Below are positions 57,927-64,000 of a stretch of DNA of 64,000 nt, one piece after another; position 1 is the first letter of the stretch, and every line of letters starts with the position of its first letter. The stretch is from IMG/VR virus record IMGVR_UViG_3300036766_002285; one strand, given 5' to 3'. A program made the position numbers and the translations under genes. The notes beneath the pieces were generated by a model. The model was not told the DNA's origin. It did no database searches and saw only the letters and a program-made list of their open reading frames with translations. Source of the DNA: an uncultured virus (IMG/VR IMGVR_UViG_3300036766_002285) (Duplodnaviria > Heunggongvirae > Uroviricota > Caudoviricetes).

Positions 57927-58465
57927 TTTGGCCTCTTAGCTGCCAGAGCTAATGCAGCAGCTATCAATTCTTCTTCACTAGCGTCTGGATTATTAACCAC
58001 GGCGTCGTCACTGGCTTGCCACGCTGTGTTTCTATCCCAACCTAGAGTTACTAGAACTTCACATATTTCCTGTGATTTAGGATTGCTCGGCGTACCGTCT
58101 GGTACTTTACATAGAGTAACAATTTTCTCCGCAACTTTGGCTCCAATACCTTTTACTGAGCTAAGTAATTTGACATCTCGCCTACGTATCGCATCGGCAA
58201 CTGCCACATTTCCAAGTTGTCCTATAAGTAACATCGCGGCAGTTGGACCTACACCAGTTACTTTTAATAAGGACTCAAACATTGTCTTATCTTCCACATT
58301 AATAAACCCATATAAAGTAAAAGAGTCTTCGCGTACCTGGGTGCTTATGAATAGCTCTACAACAGTTCCTACCGGTAATGTGTGACTGCAATGTACTAAA
58401 TACCCTACGCCGCCAACATCTATTATTTTGTTAGGTCGAACAATTCCATGCAAATAGCCAATCAT
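57923..58465 (-). CDS. ruvA: Holliday junction branch migration protein RuvA
   Basis: MIGYLHG; DVGGVGY; VRED...LYGF; V.GVGP; KGIG.K.A. Confidence 0.95.
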   Translation of the reverse strand: MIGYLHGIVRPNKIIDVGGVGYLVHCSHTLPVGTVVELFISTQVREDSFTLYGFINVEDKTMFESLLKVTGVGPTAAMLLIGQLGNVAVADAIRRRDVKLLSSVKGIGAKVAEKIVTLCKVPDGTPSNPKSQEICEVLVTLGWDRNTAWQASDDAVVNNPDASEEELIAAALALAAKRPK

Positions 58466-58567
58466 ACATATAATAGTGCTCTAAAACAACATTTCAGCAT
58501 TCAATGGAGTAAACGACTAAAACTATCTATATAAGATATATGGCGTTCTCTAGGACGCTAGGCTTCT

Positions 58568-60322
58568 TTATGTTGGTAGCACTACTGGACGTGGAGCTGT
58601 AGTCGTAGGCGCGACAACCGTGGTAGTGGTTGTCGTAGGAGCTATTGTCGTAGTAGTAGTAGGAGCTATTGTCGTAGTAGTCGTAGGAGCGACCGTGGTA
58701 GTAGTCGTAGGCGCGACAACCGTGGTAGTGGTTGTAGGAGCTACTGTCGTAGTTGTGGGGAGCACCGCCGGGCTAGGATTTTCTACTACCCTATAAGCAG
58801 TAGTCTGCGCGCGGGCCCCAGAGCTTTCCATAGTATCAACACCAACATCATCCAAGCCAGCCAGCAACGCCGTGCGGTGACTTCGTGACCACGCAGCACG
58901 GTCAAGTGCTAAATTAACCAACTCGTCGCACATGCCTCCCAATGAAGGAGAAGTGTTACCTATAAATAAGATACCATAAGTTCCAGCAGGATCTGCTAGG
59001 TTAGCCGCACTCAAACGTTCTACATCCGCACGCAAGTCATTTCGATTGTTTGTTACAGCCTCGGTTGGAGAACCAAATGGAACAGTTGTACACGCTTCAA
59101 ATACATCTATAATTTTACCAGCACCGCAACCATACTGCAGACTTTGATCTAATTTCGCTTCAGCAGAGTTACAGCCGGGCGGATCACTACTAGAGGTATC
59201 ATTTACAATACCAGCAGTACCAACATATTGATGCATACCAATATGGGTAGCGCCATATTCACCCACGTTGTTAACCATCAGTTTATCTAACTGTTCAGTG
59301 TATAATGCTGTCGACATCCAAGGTAGATAATCATCTACATACGTCCAATCTCCTAAAACTTCTCGTTGTGTAACATCTGAATAATAAAATACAGACTCTA
59401 AAGTACTATCATACTGTCTGGTCTCGGTGTGTGCTGGAATATAGTTGAACACGTCTTCTTGAGTGTCGGGATCATTATATGAATATGTACGCACTGGCGA
59501 GTAGTAATACACATTTTCTGTAGTGCTAGGATACTGATAGGTGTGAGTAACTACTGGCGAGTAGTAATACACATTTTCTGTAGTGCTAGGATACTGATAG
59601 GTGTGAGTAACTACTGGTGAATAGTAATATACAGGTACCGTATCATAGTAGTATGCACCAGCAACCCACTTAGTAAATGCAGCAACACGATCCTTGTGAT
59701 AAATATTATAAAGAAATACTTTAGTCCATTGTACACAAGAACCCATGTATCTCTCTAGGCATGGGGTGGTGTTACCATAGACAGCCTCTGTCCAATATTT
59801 GTAGTTAAATACATCTTCATAGGATCCTGGATATTGTTTGAGTACTTGTATGCTATACGGCGCGATTCGATCTCCACCGTCAGTAACTTGGTAGTAAGCT
59901 CCCGCAATTGTTTGTGTAAATGGAGCAATCCGATCTCCGCCATCAGTAACATTGTAGAATGCTCCAGCAACAGTTTGTGTAAATGGAGCGATGCGATCTC
60001 CACCATCAGTTACTACATGGTATGCACCTGTTACAGTTTTTGTGAAAGCATCTGTGCGCAATCTTGGTATGGTAACTTCATAGAAAGCACCAGGAACAGT
60101 TTTAGTGTAGGGAGCGATTCGATCTCCACCGTCAGTAACATAGGTACTTGGCCCGCGAACTAGTTTACGCTCAAGTAAATCTTGCCCAGAGAGAATATAT
60201 TTATATGAGACCCCCGAAGTTACACTTACAGAAGAATTCGCGGGCGCAGCTGAGACCGCTGTTATTCCTAGAGTGGCGAAACTTATGCCAGTCAAAAGCA
60301 AGGATTTCAAGAATGTTCTCAT
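58568..60322 (-). CDS. Secreted repeat protein with mirrored 20-aa repeats and Thr/Pro-rich tail
   Basis: Signal peptide; VTDGGDRIAP x4; VYYYSP/VFYYS x4; (V/I)APTTTTT tail; perfect 60-bp tandem repeat at 59493-59617. Confidence 0.8.
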   Translation of the reverse strand: MRTFLKSLLLTGISFATLGITAVSAAPANSSVSVTSGVSYKYILSGQDLLERKLVRGPSTYVTDGGDRIAPYTKTVPGAFYEVTIPRLRTDAFTKTVTGAYHVVTDGGDRIAPFTQTVAGAFYNVTDGGDRIAPFTQTIAGAYYQVTDGGDRIAPYSIQVLKQYPGSYEDVFNYKYWTEAVYGNTTPCLERYMGSCVQWTKVFLYNIYHKDRVAAFTKWVAGAYYYDTVPVYYYSPVVTHTYQYPSTTENVYYYSPVVTHTYQYPSTTENVYYYSPVRTYSYNDPDTQEDVFNYIPAHTETRQYDSTLESVFYYSDVTQREVLGDWTYVDDYLPWMSTALYTEQLDKLMVNNVGEYGATHIGMHQYVGTAGIVNDTSSSDPPGCNSAEAKLDQSLQYGCGAGKIIDVFEACTTVPFGSPTEAVTNNRNDLRADVERLSAANLADPAGTYGILFIGNTSPSLGGMCDELVNLALDRAAWSRSHRTALLAGLDDVGVDTMESSGARAQTTAYRVVENPSPAVLPTTTTVAPTTTTTVVAPTTTTTVAPTTTTTIAPTTTTTIAPTTTTTTVVAPTTTAPRPVVLPT

Positions 60323-60615
60323 AGCTTATATTATGAGTTTTGCCGAGGCCCGGGCAAGGAACTTTGAAGACTATTTATTAAATTTGTTGATAATTTTGTG
60401 ATAATTCTGTGAGGGTTCCAAATGGAACGAAATACGGGTTTCGTATGGAATTTGTAAGTTAAAAGTAGGCCAGCCCTAGGATTTTTAAATATTATATGCT
60501 TTTAAATAAAATGTCAGAGGTTTTAGGCCAAAAATTTTACATTTCCGATTCAAGTGAAAATATTGGACACTAACTATGTACATTGCGACAATTACAGGAT
60601 TACGATAAAACTATT

Positions 60616-61002
60616 TTAGTTTTTATGTTCCGCCACAATTTTTTCTACCAGGGCAACTAAATTACGTAAATTAAAAGGTTTTGCAATAAATGCGGCCACC
60701 CCAAGGACATCTGCTTCATCGCCCTCAGTGTGAATAGTTTTTGCTGAAAATAAGATTACTGGTATGTTAGAAATTGTGGAATCAAGTTTTAGTTGGCGCA
60801 ATACTTCAGTGCCACTCATGAGAGGCATCACAACATCTAAGAGCACAACGTCTGGATGTATATCTCTAATCAAAGCCAGAGCCTTCATTCCATCAACAGT
60901 TGTGTGCACGTCAAAACCTGCTTGTCCAAAACAGGAGTCAAGGAGTTCACAAATATCTAAATCATCATCAGCAACTACTATACATGTTTTACTATCAGAC
61001 AT
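60616..61002 (-). CDS. Single-domain response regulator receiver
   Basis: VADDD, LLDVVMP, KPF. Confidence 0.9.
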   Translation of the reverse strand: MSDSKTCIVVADDDLDICELLDSCFGQAGFDVHTTVDGMKALALIRDIHPDVVLLDVVMPLMSGTEVLRQLKLDSTISNIPVILFSAKTIHTEGDEADVLGVAAFIAKPFNLRNLVALVEKIVAEHKN

Positions 61003-61480
61003 TGTCTTGGCTTTCCTGCGAAACATCTACTCTAGCTACCGTTGTAGTAGTAAAACTAGCTGCAATTAAATCTAACATTTCTTTTCTACCAATGAGAGCT
61101 GCAGCAACTCCTTCTAGTATCTCTTTTCTACTGAATGGTTTGTTTATGTAACCATCAATGTCCAGGGAGTCCCAGATCTCAGATTTACGGTTCGCTGAAA
61201 ACATCACAACACATAATGCATCATAGTCTTTGTTCATACGAATCAGCTGAGCTATTTCTAAACCAGATATTTCTGGCATCATGATATCTAACAACACCAA
61301 GTTAGGTTTATGCTCAACAATAGAATTTAAAGCGTCTAAACCATTTCTAGCAGTAAATACCGAATACCCCTCTTTAACTAAGTACATTTCAACTAGATTA
61401 CTAATGTCTGCTTCATCGTCTGCTATGATAATACATCCCTTAGATGTTTCTTCCATTTCAACTACTTCCGTATTACTCAT
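60995..61480 (-). CDS. Response regulator receiver protein
   Basis: IADDE, LLDIMMP, KPF. Confidence 0.9.
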   Translation of the reverse strand: MSNTEVVEMEETSKGCIIIADDEADISNLVEMYLVKEGYSVFTARNGLDALNSIVEHKPNLVLLDIMMPEISGLEIAQLIRMNKDYDALCVVMFSANRKSEIWDSLDIDGYINKPFSRKEILEGVAAALIGRKEMLDLIAASFTTTTVARVDVSQESQDNV

Positions 61481-63054
61481 TATTTGCTCCAAAACTTAGT
61501 AGGCAAAGATACCGTAAATGTGCTGCCGTAACCTACTTGAGATCTCGCAGAAATAGTTCCATGATGGTCTTGTACGATTTGATACACTATAGCTAGTCCC
61601 CACCCAAAACCCGCAATTCCGGCGTTTGTTGCAGTTGATGCCCGATATGACCTCGTAAATATTTTTCCAATTTCTTTTTGCGGGATACCTATACCAGTGT
61701 CGGTAACTTGCACGACAACATTATCATTAACACCATATTCACATTTAGCAGAAATGGTTACTACTCCCCCATTAGGAGAGAATTTAATAGCATTAGCTAC
61801 AAGGTTTATAAGTACTTGCTCCAACTTGCCCGGATCCCCCTCAACTGTGAGCTCACTTGGTTGTGATTCAAAACGCGGGATTATATTGACATTTGCAGTA
61901 TTTGCAGTTAACTGTAGAGAGGCTATTACAGTATTTATCAGGTCACTAATATTAACAAGGCCAATATTTACCACACCCAAGTTTTCCTCTAGTTGTGCAA
62001 TATTAATTCTATTTTCAATAAGAGTTTGTAGTCTCGCACTGTTATGCTTAATAATATCTAATGCTTTTTTAACACCAGGTCTAGCATCACTCTTAAGATC
62101 GTCTTCTAAGATCTCAAGATACCCCATAATTGCAGATAGAGGTTGGCGTAGTTCGTGACTAATATTAGCAATTTCTTTATTCTTGATAGTGTTAGCGACT
62201 TCAAGTTTTTGTGTTAAGGCCGCATTTACGTCCATTTGCTGTTTTTGCTTTATTGTGCCAAGCTGCACCATACTAGCCAAAACTATTGTACGTAAAAACG
62301 TGCGTTCAATTTCGCTCCACTCACGTGGTTTATCCAACATGGCGGCCCAAATCAGAAAATCTACTTTGGTTCCCTCTCCTTTAACCGTAGCTAGAAAACT
62401 GCGATGATTAGCACATATGACCGGAACGAGTTCTATTTTGGTTAGGTCTCCTTTAGGATTAGTAGTATCCGTTACAGATAAAACACCACCATGTTCATTG
62501 TAAACATAAGTAGCCATAGAAAATAATAATGCATCATCCATTTTTAGTTGTATGTCATCAATACGACCGCTAGGCTTTCTCTGCCATTGTTGGCTGCTTT
62601 GTGGTGTGTCTGCTTGTGCAAAACTATACAGTACTACAGAATCAACCCCCAGAGCTTTACCAAGACCAGATAGTAAAGTTTCGGTAAGTAAACCGTCATC
62701 GGAAGTCGAGCGTATTTTTAGTAGTAATGGTTTGCGTTGTTCATCTAAACGTGCTTGATGGTCACGTTCACTATCAATATAATCTATTAGTTCACTATGG
62801 TCTTTACCATCGTTATCAATATTTTCTAAATTAGCAGGTCTGCTTAGAAAATATTTTTTTCGCAAAAATACCACCAGGGTATCTCCTAAAAAAACAAGAG
62901 CAAACACAACCAGAAGTGTAGCTTTCATAAATACAGATCGCCCGGCTACGAAACTTACAACGACTGCTCCTAATAATATAAGCCAATTCCGCTGACGGCT
63001 ATTAAATACATTAATCAGTCTCTTTGTCACAACAGGTCTGTCTGCTTGTTTCAT
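61480..63054 (-). CDS. Membrane sensor histidine kinase (GAF-like, HisKA, HATPase)
   Basis: SHELRQPL; NLVANAIKFS; DTGIGI; G.G.GL. Confidence 0.92.
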   Translation of the reverse strand: MKQADRPVVTKRLINVFNSRQRNWLILLGAVVVSFVAGRSVFMKATLLVVFALVFLGDTLVVFLRKKYFLSRPANLENIDNDGKDHSELIDYIDSERDHQARLDEQRKPLLLKIRSTSDDGLLTETLLSGLGKALGVDSVVLYSFAQADTPQSSQQWQRKPSGRIDDIQLKMDDALLFSMATYVYNEHGGVLSVTDTTNPKGDLTKIELVPVICANHRSFLATVKGEGTKVDFLIWAAMLDKPREWSEIERTFLRTIVLASMVQLGTIKQKQQMDVNAALTQKLEVANTIKNKEIANISHELRQPLSAIMGYLEILEDDLKSDARPGVKKALDIIKHNSARLQTLIENRINIAQLEENLGVVNIGLVNISDLINTVIASLQLTANTANVNIIPRFESQPSELTVEGDPGKLEQVLINLVANAIKFSPNGGVVTISAKCEYGVNDNVVVQVTDTGIGIPQKEIGKIFTRSYRASTATNAGIAGFGWGLAIVYQIVQDHHGTISARSQVGYGSTFTVSLPTKFWSK

Positions 63055-63229
63055 ATATCTAATAGTGCATATATTTTAGCCTTTGGCATACATTAACAGC
63101 TGGTCTGGGAGATTATAGCGTCTAAATGCCTCATTAACACCCACTTTCTTATACTTTTCAAAAAGTGCGGAGACTTAGCTGCTATAAGTATCAATAAACC
63201 AGTTTTAGCGAACACCTGTTTTGGTGACT

Positions 63230-64000
63230 CTATTTTGTTTTAATGATCCCATGTGAGATCGGCAGCCGCATAGTAACCAAGGTACCAGATGTTTCAAGTG
63301 ATTCAATCGACCAGGTTCCACCATGTGCACGCATTAAATAGTCTGCAATCATAAGACCAAGTCCAGATCCTTGAATAGCTCCAGCAATAGCATTACTCGA
63401 CCTGAAAAATCTAGTTCCGATGTGAGGCATGTCGGTTTTAACAATACCAATTCCAAAGTCTTGTATAGTTATAACAGCTTCTGACTTACCATTTTTATTT
63501 ATTTCTGATCTGGCCCCAATTTTTATTTCCCCATCAGGTAAACTGAATTTTACTGCATTTGACACAAAATTATTAAGTATTCGTAACATTTCCTCTGAAT
63601 CGCTCATTACCATTATAGGATCAATTCCAATGTCCGTAATAATTTTTATATCATGAAGCTGTGCGTCACTCTCTAGTTGTTCTATAGATTCTTTAATCAT
63701 TTTTCTTATATCGTGATTTTTCAGTGTAATATGCACATCATTATTGTCCATTCTAAGTACTGTAAGTACGTTATCGATAAGACCAGCCAACCGCGTATTG
63801 TTGCGCATAATCACTCTTGCCCAACCTTCGCGTTTTTCTTTCGTTACATTTTCTGTATTACTTGCTAACATTTCAGCAAATCCAGTAATAGAAGTAAGAG
63901 GGGTTCTAAGTTCGTGATTTACGGTGTTAATAAAGTTTGATTTTATGAAACGTATTCTTTTAATATGTTCCTCTGCATTTTCTTGTTGTTGAGCCAGATC
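63230..64000 (-). CDS. Sensor histidine kinase, C-terminal part (5' end beyond window)
   Basis: NHELRTPLTSITG upstream of the tracked ORF; NAVKFS; DFGIGI; GSGLGL. Confidence 0.9.
   Translation of the reverse strand, partial: DLAQQQENAEEHIKRIRFIKSNFINTVNHELRTPLTSITGFAEMLASNTENVTKEKREGWARVIMRNNTRLAGLIDNVLTVLRMDNNDVHITLKNHDIRKMIKESIEQLESDAQLHDIKIITDIGIDPIMVMSDSEEMLRILNNFVSNAVKFSLPDGEIKIGARSEINKNGKSEAVITIQDFGIGIVKTDMPHIGTRFFRSSNAIAGAIQGSGLGLMIADYLMRAHGGTWSIESLETSGTLVTMRLPISHGIIKTK

Noticed and set aside
2196..63868. Many antisense or overlapping ORFs (e.g. 5312, 10793, 14347, 38486, 57499, 61697)
   Set aside because: They are shadows of well-supported genes on the other strand, with no motifs or ribosome-binding sites.
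1..64000. CRISPR array or Cas12 locus
   Set aside because: No regularly spaced repeat-spacer array was seen near any tnpB. The 542-aa protein sits in a clean insertion, so it is called TnpB.

Overview
An AT-rich, gene-dense 64 kb stretch that looks like part of a very large mobile replicon (jumbo phage or megaplasmid) of an actinobacterial host, probably Acidimicrobiia-like. This is inference: no capsid, terminase, conjugation or replication genes lie in the window. It mixes phage-style strings of short overlapping hypothetical ORFs and tandem paralogue arrays with host-type genes: dnaK-grpE-dnaJ without hspR, clpS, a divergent proteasome activator (Bpa/PafE-like, C-terminal GTYL), ssb, ruvA-ruvB, two-component genes, an M14 peptidase, a hemolysin-III protein and large secreted repeat proteins. 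The dominant signal is seven tnpB genes of four lineages with no intact TnpA. Two sit in clean IS607-like insertions whose empty sites can be rebuilt. Five are compact promoter-tnpB-omegaRNA cassettes whose guide positions abut gene fragments. One guide is a 93-bp copy of the 3' end of the intact gene 470 bp downstream, and that gene differs from the guide at the first seed positions. Another guide is a lysyl-tRNA-synthetase anticodon-binding (OB) fragment. This suggests RNA-guided nucleases used as free-standing homing or competition genes rather than simple transposon passengers. All family assignments come from motif recognition by eye; no searches were run.
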